64,000 nucleotides of DNA from Alphaproteobacteria bacterium (GTDB lineage Bacteria > Pseudomonadota > Alphaproteobacteria > TMED109). This document shows positions 1-9,499 of the stretch, one piece after another. The stretch lies in contig CBFHON010000004.1 of NCBI GenBank assembly GCA_965657505.1, positions 96,346-160,345 on the forward strand. The letters run 5' to 3'. Every line of letters starts with the position of its first letter. The first letter of the stretch is position 1. The notes below the pieces were generated by a model. The model saw only the letters and a program-made list of their open reading frames with translations, searched no databases and had not been told where the DNA came from. Position numbers and translations under genes: made by a program.

Positions 1-2
1 AC

Positions 3-989
3 TTGTTGGTTTCATCTAATAAGCCTTCGTATATTGGAGGTAATATAGGTATACCGGTTCTAAATTTAATATCTGATAAAATAGCTAATAATTATGTAAT
101 AGAGGCTTCTTCTTTTCAACTTGATTTAGTAAAAACTATAAAACCTAATATATCAGTATTAACAAATCTCAGTCCAGATCATCTTGATTGGCATGGCAGT
201 TATAAAAAATATATCCGTTCAAAAGAAAATTTATTTTTAAATCAGAATAGCAATGATCTAGCAATTATTAATATTAATAATGACGAATGTTTTAAGGTGT
301 ATAAAAAAATTAATAATCGTAAAAATAAACCTAACATTATAAAAATTTCTATAAATAAGAAATTTAATAATACAATTTATATTGATAAAGAAAAAGTGTA
401 TGACAATTTAAATAATAAAAATATCTTTATTGGTAATATTAAAGATTTAACGTCATTAATTGGTCTGCATAATATTGAAAATATTTTAATTTCAATTGCA
501 GTAGTAATATATTTAGGTGTTTCGCATAAAAATATTAAAAAACATCTACCTACTTTTAGAGGTTTACCTCATAGGTTAGAGCTAATTTATAAAAATTCTA
601 AAATAGCATTTATTAATGATTCTAAGTCAACTAATATGGTTGCATGCAAAGTTGCATTAAACTGTTTTGATAATATTATTTGGATTGCCGGAGGTAGAAG
701 AAAAGGAGATGAACTAGAATATTTAAAGAGTAATATTAAGTCTATCAAAGCAGGTTATTTTATAGGAGAGTCTGCAGATGAATTTGTAAATTACTTTAAA
801 AATTATTTTTTATCTAAAAATTCAAATAATATTAAAGATGCTCTATCTGATGCTATAGAATATTCTAAAACTCTTAATTTATATACAGCAATTTTATTTT
901 CTCCCGCTTGTTCCTCATTTGATCAATTTGAAAATTATGAAGAGAGAGGAAAAAAATTTATAGAGGAAGTAAATGAACATTTAAAATAA
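3..989 (+). CDS. murD: UDP-N-acetylmuramoylalanine--D-glutamate ligase, C-terminal ~330 aa (5' end cut by window edge)
   Basis: The ORF is open from the window edge. Mur-ligase motifs are present (LTNLSPDHLDWHG, IAGGRRKG, FSPACSSFDQFENYEERG). It is the first gene in the canonical murD-ftsW-murG-murC-murB-ddl order. Confidence 0.85.
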   Translation: MLVSSNKPSYIGGNIGIPVLNLISDKIANNYVIEASSFQLDLVKTIKPNISVLTNLSPDHLDWHGSYKKYIRSKENLFLNQNSNDLAIININNDECFKVYKKINNRKNKPNIIKISINKKFNNTIYIDKEKVYDNLNNKNIFIGNIKDLTSLIGLHNIENILISIAVVIYLGVSHKNIKKHLPTFRGLPHRLELIYKNSKIAFINDSKSTNMVACKVALNCFDNIIWIAGGRRKGDELEYLKSNIKSIKAGYFIGESADEFVNYFKNYFLSKNSNNIKDALSDAIEYSKTLNLYTAILFSPACSSFDQFENYEERGKKFIEEVNEHLK

Positions 990-998
990 AGGTATAAT

Positions 999-2141
999 AT
1001 GATTTTTATTGCTAGAAATGACAAAAGTATTTTATCAAGATGGTGGTGGAGTATAGATCACTGGAATTTAATTCAAATACTAATTCTAGCTTCTATAGGC
1101 TCTATTATGATTTTAGCAGCTGGTTCTGCAGTTGCAGTAAGAAATAATCTACCTGAATTACATTTTTTTATACACCATATTTATTATTTAATTTTTTCTG
1201 TATTGGCGATGAGCATTTCTTCATTTTTATCTAAAAAAGGTATTATTAGAATAAGTATAATAGGGTTTATTATATCCATATTACTATTATTTCTAGTAAT
1301 GATAGTAGGTCCGGATATTAAGGGTGCAAGTAGATGGTTAATTATTGGTAATATGTCTATGCAGCCTTCAGAATTCATAAAACCATTTTTCGTAATAATT
1401 ACTGCATATTTAATCTCACAACAATATAAGGAAAATAAATTTCTACCTCCATTAATTACTAGATTGCATATTTCTTTATTGCTTTTGATTATTATACTGT
1501 TTTTCTTATTTAAACAGCCAGACCTAGGCATGTCTATAATTATAATACTGATTTGGTCAGGTCAACTTTTCTTAGCAGGTATATCATTGAGATGGTTTTT
1601 GTTATTATTTAGTTTATTAGGCTGTGGAATATTATTTGGCTATTATACTTTGGCACATGTGAAAAGAAGAATAGATTGTTTTTTAAATTCGCCATGTGAA
1701 GGAATGGAACAAATAAAAAATTCATTTACAGCATATGAATCAGGTGGCTTATTAGGTAATGGCCCTGGTGATGGTATTATAAAAAATAAAATATCTGATG
1801 CGCATACTGATTTTATTTTTCCAGTAATAGCTGAGGAATTTGGAGCAATATTTTGTATCATAATATTATTATTAACTTGTTCTATAGTAATAAGAGGATT
1901 GATAAGAGTTTATGATAAAAATGATTTATTTTCACTTCTTACAGTTGGAGGCTTATTAATATTATTTGGAATACAAGTTTTATTAAATGTATCTGTTACT
2001 TTAGGAATAGTACCTACTACTGGAATAACTTTTCCTTTTATAAGTTATGGAGGCTCTTCTTTACTTTCTATCTCTATAAGTATGGGAATAGTTTTAGCTT
2101 TAACAAAAAAAAACTACACCGGCAAGAAATATGAAAAATAA
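999..2141 (+). CDS. ftsW: Lipid II flippase / peptidoglycan polymerase FtsW (SEDS family)
   Basis: Polytopic membrane protein with SEDS motifs PSEFIKP, QPDLGMS, TDFIFPVIAEEFG and PTTGITFPFISYGGSS. It sits between murD and murG. Confidence 0.9.
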   Translation: MIFIARNDKSILSRWWWSIDHWNLIQILILASIGSIMILAAGSAVAVRNNLPELHFFIHHIYYLIFSVLAMSISSFLSKKGIIRISIIGFIISILLLFLVMIVGPDIKGASRWLIIGNMSMQPSEFIKPFFVIITAYLISQQYKENKFLPPLITRLHISLLLLIIILFFLFKQPDLGMSIIIILIWSGQLFLAGISLRWFLLLFSLLGCGILFGYYTLAHVKRRIDCFLNSPCEGMEQIKNSFTAYESGGLLGNGPGDGIIKNKISDAHTDFIFPVIAEEFGAIFCIIILLLTCSIVIRGLIRVYDKNDLFSLLTVGGLLILFGIQVLLNVSVTLGIVPTTGITFPFISYGGSSLLSISISMGIVLALTKKNYTGKKYEK

Positions 2142-3243
2142 TAAAAATATATTTATAATAGGAGGTGGAACCGCAGGACATGTTCTTCCTGCCATTCAAC
2201 TTAGTAAAGAATTTATTAAATATGATTATAATATAATATTTATAACAGACTCAAGAATGTATGATTTTGTTAAAAAAAATATAAGTAATAGAGATATCAA
2301 TATTTTATGTTTGAAGGGTAGAGGTTTTTATAAAAGAAGTATTGTAAAAAACATCAAGTCTATATGTTTATTAGTTTATGCATTTATTCAATCGCTTAAT
2401 TATATTATTAAATATAAACCTATAATAAGTTATGGTTTTGGTGGTGCTATAACATTGTCTCCCATTATTATGTCTAAAGTTTTTAAAATTCCTATTATTT
2501 TACATGAAGGTAATATAGTTTTAGGAAAAGCAAATAAATTATTATATAAATATGCTAATATACTAACTACATTTTTTCCAATTTTAGATAATAATTCTAA
2601 TAATTTATACAATTATAAGTATATAGGAATGCCAGTTAGGAAAGAAATTGAAAATATATATAAAAATAAGTATGAAATTAAGAATAATAAATTAATTAAT
2701 ATTTTAATTACTGGTGGCAGCTTAGGTGCAGAAGTAATGGCAACTAAGATTGCTACAGCTTTATGTTTTTTTCCAAAGGAATTCAGGAATAAAATATCTA
2801 TATTACAACAAGTAAGAGAAGAAAATTATTCATATTTAAAGAAATTATACGATCATTCTTTAATTAATTATAAGCTGGAGACTTATATAAAAAATATGCC
2901 AGAAAGTTTAAATTGGTGCCATTTAATAATATGTAGAAGTGGAGCTGGAACAATAGCAGAAAATCTAGTTGCTGGAAGACCTTCAATAATGATTCCATTG
3001 CCTAGTTCTTCAGATAATCATCAAATGAAAAATGCGTTAATGATTGAAAAATTAGGAGCAGGTCTTGTAATAAGAAATAATGAGATTAATGATCAAAATA
3101 AATTAATATTTAAATTAAAAAGTATTATTTTTAATTCAGAAAGATTATGTATGATGTCAAAATCAGCTAAAAATAATTCAATTTTAGGTGCTGAAAAAAA
3201 ATTAGTTAATCTAGGAAAAGAAATTTTAAATGCAAAGAATTAG
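2131..3243 (+). CDS. murG: UDP-GlcNAc:undecaprenyl-PP-MurNAc-pentapeptide GlcNAc transferase
   Basis: N-terminal GGGTAGHVLPA motif, C-terminal RSGAGTIAE and NHQ..NA motifs, and dcw synteny. It overlaps ftsW by 11 nt. Confidence 0.9.
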   Translation: MKNNKNIFIIGGGTAGHVLPAIQLSKEFIKYDYNIIFITDSRMYDFVKKNISNRDINILCLKGRGFYKRSIVKNIKSICLLVYAFIQSLNYIIKYKPIISYGFGGAITLSPIIMSKVFKIPIILHEGNIVLGKANKLLYKYANILTTFFPILDNNSNNLYNYKYIGMPVRKEIENIYKNKYEIKNNKLINILITGGSLGAEVMATKIATALCFFPKEFRNKISILQQVREENYSYLKKLYDHSLINYKLETYIKNMPESLNWCHLIICRSGAGTIAENLVAGRPSIMIPLPSSSDNHQMKNALMIEKLGAGLVIRNNEINDQNKLIFKLKSIIFNSERLCMMSKSAKNNSILGAEKKLVNLGKEILNAKN

Positions 3244-4660
3244 TATGAATAATTTTTCTAAAGATATAGGTATAATTCACTTTATAGGTATAGGTGGAAT
3301 TGGAATGAGTGGTATTGCAGAAATATTATTTAATTTAGGTTATAAAATAAGTGGAAGTGATATTTCAAAAAGTACCAATGTTGAACGTCTAATGAAAATG
3401 GGCATTAAAGTATTTATTGGTCAAAGTGCTAAGAATATAAAAAATATAAGTATTATAGTTATTTCTTCTGCTATAAAGGAAGATAATGTAGAATTAGTAG
3501 CAGGCTATCTAAATAAAATTCCCATAGTTCGTAGAGCTGATATGCTTGCTGAATTAATGAGATTTAAAAAATCTATTTCCGTTGGTGGATCTCATGGAAA
3601 AACAACAACAACTTCTTTTATTAGTTCTTTATTAGAAGGAGCCAAACTAGATCCTACAGTTGTTAATGGAGGTATAATAGAAGCATATGGAACTAATGCC
3701 AGGTTAGGAAAAAGTGATTGGATGGTTGTAGAAGCGGATGAAAGTGATGGTACTTTTATTAAACTTCCTTCTACTTACGTATTAATCACTAATATTGATC
3801 GGGAACATATAGATTATTATAAAACGTTTGATAATTTAAATAGAGCTTTTAGAAATTTTGTGGAAAATATACCTTTTTATGGAACAGCATTTATTTGTAT
3901 AGATTCTCCTGATTCTGAAAATTTATGTAAAGATATTAAATATAGAAATTTTATTACTTTTGGCTTTAATAAAAATGCTCACTTAGTGGTTAATAATGTT
4001 AAAGTAATTAGTGGATTAACTTATTTTGATATTACTGTTAATAAGAAGGATCTATATAAAAATAAATTCATTAAGGGTTTAGCAATTCCAATACCTGGAG
4101 AACATAATATAAGAAATGCTTTAGGTTCAATAGCTGTTGCTTTAGAATTAGGGATTTCCGAGACTATTATAAGAAATGTACTATTAAATTTTAGTGGTGT
4201 TGAAAGAAGATTTAGTTTTGTTGGTTCTTTTAAAGGTATTAAAATAATTGATGATTATGCACATCATCCTACCGAAATAAAAAACACTTTAAAAGCAGCA
4301 AGATCTTTGTGTAAGGATAAATTAATAGTTATATTTGAGCCACATAGATATTCAAGAATAATTGATTTATATGATGAATTTATTAATTCTTTCTATGATG
4401 CAGATATATTATATGTAACAAAAATTTATAGCGCAGGAGAAAAAAAAATTGATGAGATAAATGAAAATATTCTTACAAAATCTATCAGAAATATTGGGCA
4501 TAAAAATGTGAAGTGTTTTAAGAATGAGAGTAATATGGAATTAGAATTATTTGAAGCAGCAGATAATAATGATTTTATAATTTTTTTAGGTGCTGGTTCA
4601 CTATCTAAAAGAGCAAGAAATATGGAGAAATTTGTTAAAAAAAAATTAATTACTTGTTAA
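3230..4660 (+). CDS. murC: UDP-N-acetylmuramate--L-alanine ligase
   Basis: HFIGIGGIGMSGIAEIL Rossmann motif, GSHGKTTTTS P-loop and DDYAHHPTEI. An alternative ATG at 3245 would remove the 14-nt overlap with murG. Confidence 0.9.
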   Translation: MQRISMNNFSKDIGIIHFIGIGGIGMSGIAEILFNLGYKISGSDISKSTNVERLMKMGIKVFIGQSAKNIKNISIIVISSAIKEDNVELVAGYLNKIPIVRRADMLAELMRFKKSISVGGSHGKTTTTSFISSLLEGAKLDPTVVNGGIIEAYGTNARLGKSDWMVVEADESDGTFIKLPSTYVLITNIDREHIDYYKTFDNLNRAFRNFVENIPFYGTAFICIDSPDSENLCKDIKYRNFITFGFNKNAHLVVNNVKVISGLTYFDITVNKKDLYKNKFIKGLAIPIPGEHNIRNALGSIAVALELGISETIIRNVLLNFSGVERRFSFVGSFKGIKIIDDYAHHPTEIKNTLKAARSLCKDKLIVIFEPHRYSRIIDLYDEFINSFYDADILYVTKIYSAGEKKIDEINENILTKSIRNIGHKNVKCFKNESNMELELFEAADNNDFIIFLGAGSLSKRARNMEKFVKKKLITC

Positions 4661-4679
4661 GTAGAAATGATTTTGATTT

Positions 4680-5585
4680 ATGTCACTATTTAAAAAATTA
4701 GTTCCTAATGTTAGAGGAAAATTACTTTCTGATGCCAATATGTCTGCATCCTCCTGGTTTAAAGTTGGAGGTCCTTTTGAGTTATTATTTATACCTGAAG
4801 ATGAATTAGATTTATTAAATTTTATTAAAAATTTGGATCATAAAATACCTATTTTTGTAATAGGAGCATTATCTAATACTTTAATAAGAGATGGAGGGGT
4901 AAAAGGTATAGGAATAAAATTGAATGAAAAATTTAGTAATATAAATGTTAGTAATGATTTTATAGAAGTTGGAGCATCTTTATTAAATATGAAATTTGCA
5001 AAATATGCTCATAAAAATAATTTTTCAGGTTATGAATTTCTTTCTGGTATCCCTGGAACAATTGGAGGTAGTATAATAATGAATGCAGGCTGTTACGGAA
5101 GAGAAATGTCTGATATACTTTATGATGTCAAAATTATTGATAGAATTAAGGGATTAGATAATATTCCTGCTAAAAATTTAAAAATGTCATATAGAAAAAC
5201 TTCAATTAATAGTGAATCTATAATTATTTCTGCAAAATTTAAATATTTTAAGAAAAATTGGGATCATAAATATAAAGCATACATAAAGACTGAAAGAGTT
5301 GGTTCACAACCAGTTAACCAATTAACTGGTGGTTCTACTTTTAAAAACCCGGAAGGATATAAGGCATGGAAACTTATTGAAGATGCTGGTTGTAGAGGAT
5401 TATCTATAGGTGGAGCAAAGATATCAGATATGCATACTAACTTTATTATTAATTATAATAATGCTACTGCTGATGATATTGAATCATTGGGAAATATAGT
5501 TAGACAAAAAGTATATGATCAATCAGGCATAAAATTAGAATGGGAAATAAGAAAAATAGGCTTTACAAATAAAGAGGAAATATAA
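4680..5585 (+). CDS. murB: UDP-N-acetylenolpyruvoylglucosamine reductase
   Basis: FAD-binding PCMH-type N-terminus (WFKVGGP), the GGSTFKNPEG motif, and dcw synteny. Confidence 0.9.
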   Translation: MSLFKKLVPNVRGKLLSDANMSASSWFKVGGPFELLFIPEDELDLLNFIKNLDHKIPIFVIGALSNTLIRDGGVKGIGIKLNEKFSNINVSNDFIEVGASLLNMKFAKYAHKNNFSGYEFLSGIPGTIGGSIIMNAGCYGREMSDILYDVKIIDRIKGLDNIPAKNLKMSYRKTSINSESIIISAKFKYFKKNWDHKYKAYIKTERVGSQPVNQLTGGSTFKNPEGYKAWKLIEDAGCRGLSIGGAKISDMHTNFIINYNNATADDIESLGNIVRQKVYDQSGIKLEWEIRKIGFTNKEEI

Positions 5586-6467
5586 TTGAATATAGTTTTA
5601 TTATTTGGTGGTTATACTGAAAGAGATGTTTCTATAATGTCCGCAAAAGAGGTTGAAAGCTCTTTGAAAAGACTTGGACATAAAGTGACCAAAATAGATA
5701 TTTCTAAGGAAGATTTTTGCTATTATTCTGAAAATAATATTGATTTAATATTTAATTCTTTACACGGAGGAATTGGAGAAAATGGAATAATACAAAGTGT
5801 ATGCGAGCTTAAAAGTATTCCATATACTGGTTCAGCCGTTCTAGCCTCAGCGATAGCCATGAATAAAGTGTTAGCTAAAAAGGTGTTTAATTCAATGAAT
5901 ATAAATACAGCTAATAGTTTAGTAAGCAATATAAATGATATTAAAAAAAATGAACCAATGGAAAGGCCATACGTAATAAAACCTATAGATGGAGGTTCTA
6001 GTTTAGGTGTAAATATTATTAAGAAAGACTCGAATTTAGATAGATTAGAGTTAAGTGATAAAAATATTCTTGTAGAAACTTATGTTGCAGGTAAAGAAAT
6101 TGCTGTAGCTATTATAGAAAACCATATTTTGGGCATGATTGAAATTCAGCATGATGAAATATTTTATGATTATAAATCTAAATACAAAAGTAGTAGAACA
6201 AAATATGTTATTCCCAAAAATATAGGAGCTTATCAAAAAGAATTATTAGAATCTTTTTCTTTATCTGCTCACAAAATTCTTGGTTGTAAAGGTGTTACTA
6301 GGGCAGATTTTATTGTTCCTGATGAACCTTCTATTCAGCCGGTACTATTAGAAATTAATACATTACCTGGCTTAACAAAACACTCACTAGTGCCGAAAAT
6401 TGCTCAGAATAATGGAATTAATTTTGATGATTTAATATCTATGATTATTAAAGATGCATTAATTTGA
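5586..6467 (+). CDS. ddl: D-alanine--D-alanine ligase
   Basis: ATP-grasp motifs (LHGGIGENGIIQ, LLEINTLPGLTKHSLVP). The TTG start lies immediately after the murB TAA. Confidence 0.9.
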   Translation: MNIVLLFGGYTERDVSIMSAKEVESSLKRLGHKVTKIDISKEDFCYYSENNIDLIFNSLHGGIGENGIIQSVCELKSIPYTGSAVLASAIAMNKVLAKKVFNSMNINTANSLVSNINDIKKNEPMERPYVIKPIDGGSSLGVNIIKKDSNLDRLELSDKNILVETYVAGKEIAVAIIENHILGMIEIQHDEIFYDYKSKYKSSRTKYVIPKNIGAYQKELLESFSLSAHKILGCKGVTRADFIVPDEPSIQPVLLEINTLPGLTKHSLVPKIAQNNGINFDDLISMIIKDALI

Positions 6468-7189
6468 TAAGGTTTTTAAAAAGACTATTTTTATTCTTAT
6501 TTTTTATAAGTTTATCTATACTAATATATAAAAAAAACTACTTAATTACCAAACTGGACAATACAATATTAATTTTTTCAGACTATACAGGTAATGTTCT
6601 TAAGGAAGTATATGTTTCAGGAAGAATTAATGAGAATAAAAGTAATATTACTAAGGCTTTAAATATCAAAATCGGAGATTCTCTTCTTAATATAAATTTA
6701 AATGAAATAAGAAATAGCTTAAATGAGCTGTCATGGGTAAAAGATAGTATAATTTATATCCTTCCTTTAGGAATATTAGAAATTGAAATTTTTGAATATA
6801 TCCCGTTTGGGAAATACATTGATAAAAATGAAAAGTATTTTTTAATTAATAATAATGGAATAAAGTTTAAGGAGATTGGATTTAATGAATTTTCTAGTTT
6901 ATTTAAGTTACGCGGTGAAGGTGCACTTTTAAAAATTAATGAACTCTCCTTGATCATGAATAAGCTCAAGTCATTTAATTTAGAAGTTATAGATGTAGAA
7001 AGAATAGACTCGAGGAGATGGAATATTTATTTACAAAAAGGATACTTTATTAAGCTACCGCATCTAGATCCTATAAATTCATTAGATGCTTTATATGAGT
7101 TAGATAATAATATAAAATATGATAATTTAATTTTTATAGATTTGAGAATTAAAAATAGAATTAGTATAAAGTATAAAAATATTGACTGA
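6464..7189 (+). CDS. ftsQ: Cell division protein FtsQ (single N-terminal TM, POTRA-like region)
   Basis: Sits between ddl and ftsA. It has one N-terminal TM helix followed by a periplasmic domain of typical size. The TTG start overlaps the ddl TGA (TTGA). Sequence conservation is weak, so the call rests mainly on synteny and architecture. Confidence 0.7.
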   Translation: MIRFLKRLFLFLFFISLSILIYKKNYLITKLDNTILIFSDYTGNVLKEVYVSGRINENKSNITKALNIKIGDSLLNINLNEIRNSLNELSWVKDSIIYILPLGILEIEIFEYIPFGKYIDKNEKYFLINNNGIKFKEIGFNEFSSLFKLRGEGALLKINELSLIMNKLKSFNLEVIDVERIDSRRWNIYLQKGYFIKLPHLDPINSLDALYELDNNIKYDNLIFIDLRIKNRISIKYKNID

Positions 7190-7197
7190 AATTAATT

Positions 7198-8472
7198 ATG
7201 GTTAAATCTAATTTAATAAACTACTCTTCTTTTTCTAAAAGCCCCATTATAGCTGCTTTAGATATTGGATCTAGCAAAATATGTTGTTTAATTGCAAAGA
7301 TTGATAAAAATGAGACTCTTTCTATAATAGGTGCTGGCTTTCAAGAATCTAAAGGTTTAGTATCAGGTGTTATAACAGATATGATTGCTTTAGAGAATTC
7401 TATCAGAAACTGCGTAGCAAGCGCTGAAAAAATGGCATCAGTAAGAATAAAAAATATTATTGTAGGATTTTCTTCTGATAACATTAATATAGAAAATTTA
7501 AATATTGAAATTGATCTTAAAGGCGCTGTTATTGGCCAAAGAGACTTAAACAGGGCATATAATTTTTTATCTGAAAAACATGATATGGGTAATAGGTCTA
7601 TTTTACATGTAATACCATTTCAATATTCTATAGATGGAAACAAGGGAGTTAAAAATCCTATTGGTATGATTGGAGATAAATTAGGTGTCGAGATAAGCAT
7701 AATTAGTTCTGATTCTAACACTTTAAAAAACCTAGAAAATGTTGTTAAACATTGTGACTTGGAAATAGATGAAATTGTTTATACACCTTATGCAAGTGGT
7801 ATATCTTTACTTTCAGAAGAAGAGAAAGAATTAGGAGTAGCATTAATAGATATGGGTTCTACATTAACTACTGTATCAATTTTTTATAATGGATCTATTT
7901 TATATACTAAATCTATTCCATTAGGTGGAAATATGGTTACTAATGATGTATCTAGAATATTTTCTTTATCATTTGCTAACGCTGAAAGAATCAAAATAAT
8001 AAATGGGCAATTAATTGAAGAGTTAGAAAATTCTCTTTCAACTATTGAAGTTGATACTTTAGGAGAAGATAATGAATCTATTGAAATTACTAGAAAAGAT
8101 TTAATTTCAGTTATAAAACCAAGAATATTTGAAATAGTTAATACGATAAATGATATTATTATAGATAGTAAATATAACAATATAATTGCAAATAGATTTG
8201 TAATAACTGGTGGAGCATCTCAAATGGAAGGTTTATTGGATTTCACTAGCAAGGTTTTTGGGAAAAAAGCTAGACTCGCTAAATCCATTCAAATTAATGC
8301 TTTACCTGAAAATATGAAAAGCCCATCATTCTCTGCAATAAGTAGTATGGTTAAGTATTCTATAACGAAAAATAATGATATTAATATGAAATTGACTAAG
8401 AAAAATAATAATTCTGATAGCATTTATGCATATGTGCAAAAGTTTAAAAATTGGTTTATAGAAAATTTTTGA
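7198..8472 (+). CDS. ftsA: Cell division protein FtsA (actin-like ATPase)
   Basis: ALDIGSSKI phosphate-1 motif, ALIDMGSTLT, ITGGASQMEGL, and a C-terminal amphipathic tail (FKNWFIENF). Confidence 0.9.
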   Translation: MVKSNLINYSSFSKSPIIAALDIGSSKICCLIAKIDKNETLSIIGAGFQESKGLVSGVITDMIALENSIRNCVASAEKMASVRIKNIIVGFSSDNINIENLNIEIDLKGAVIGQRDLNRAYNFLSEKHDMGNRSILHVIPFQYSIDGNKGVKNPIGMIGDKLGVEISIISSDSNTLKNLENVVKHCDLEIDEIVYTPYASGISLLSEEEKELGVALIDMGSTLTTVSIFYNGSILYTKSIPLGGNMVTNDVSRIFSLSFANAERIKIINGQLIEELENSLSTIEVDTLGEDNESIEITRKDLISVIKPRIFEIVNTINDIIIDSKYNNIIANRFVITGGASQMEGLLDFTSKVFGKKARLAKSIQINALPENMKSPSFSAISSMVKYSITKNNDINMKLTKKNNNSDSIYAYVQKFKNWFIENF

Positions 8473-8564
8473 TTTAATTAATCTTTGTTACAAATGTTAC
8501 AATATTTGATTTCTCTTCAATATTAATAGTTGATATAAACAATCATTAAATTGAGAAAAATATT

Positions 8565-9491
8565 ATGCCTGATACATTAAATATTACTAATATAGGTTTC
8601 CAGAAAACCTTAAAATCTGAGGTGTTTTGTGAGGGTATTGGCCTTCACTCTGGTAAAAAGACCTCAATTAAAATAATGCCAGCAGAAGTAAATACAGGGA
8701 TTTCTTTTTTTAGGCAAGATTTGTCAGAAAACCAGGAAATTAAAGCTATATATGAAAATGTATGTGATACAAAATTAGGTACTACTATATCAAATAAAGC
8801 TGGCCATAAAGTTCAAACTATAGAACACTTAATGGCTGCATTTATGGGATTAAAGATAGATAATGCTCAGGTATTGCTATCGGGAAATGAAATTCCTATA
8901 ATGGATGGAAGTTCTAGGGTATTTATTGATTTAATTAACACCGTAGGTATAAAAGAACAATTCACAAAGAAAAAAGTAATAAAGATTTTAAAAGAAGTTT
9001 CTTTTTTTCAAAATAATAGCTCTATTATAGCAATTCCTTCAGATAATTTTAGCATCGATTATCATATTGATTTTGATGATCCTGCTATTGGTATTCAAAA
9101 TAAGAAAGTTACTTTAATGGGTGATAATTTTGATAAAGAGATTGGGTCTGCCAGAACCTTTGGTATGCTCAGTGAAGTAAAAAATATGCATAAAAATGGC
9201 TTAGCATTAGGAGGATCAATAAACAATGCTATTGTTGTTGATGCTGGAAAAATATTAAATGCTGATGGTCTTCGCTTTGAAGATGAATTTGTAAGACATA
9301 AAATTTTAGATTTCTGTGGAGATATTTACTTGTCAGGATTTCAAATATTAGGAAGTATAGTTGCAAAATGTGCTGGTCACGATATAAATAATAAATTTTT
9401 ATGGGAACTATTTAGTGATGATAGTAACTATCAAATAATAGAAGAAAACTCTATTAGTACGATAGAAGAAATTAATTTTGCAGTAGCTTAA
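8565..9491 (+). CDS. lpxC: UDP-3-O-acyl-N-acetylglucosamine deacetylase
   Basis: GIGLHSGKK, TIEHLMAA and FVRHKILDFCGDIYL motifs. Confidence 0.9.
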   Translation: MPDTLNITNIGFQKTLKSEVFCEGIGLHSGKKTSIKIMPAEVNTGISFFRQDLSENQEIKAIYENVCDTKLGTTISNKAGHKVQTIEHLMAAFMGLKIDNAQVLLSGNEIPIMDGSSRVFIDLINTVGIKEQFTKKKVIKILKEVSFFQNNSSIIAIPSDNFSIDYHIDFDDPAIGIQNKKVTLMGDNFDKEIGSARTFGMLSEVKNMHKNGLALGGSINNAIVVDAGKILNADGLRFEDEFVRHKILDFCGDIYLSGFQILGSIVAKCAGHDINNKFLWELFSDDSNYQIIEENSISTIEEINFAVA

Positions 9492-9499
9492 AGATACAA

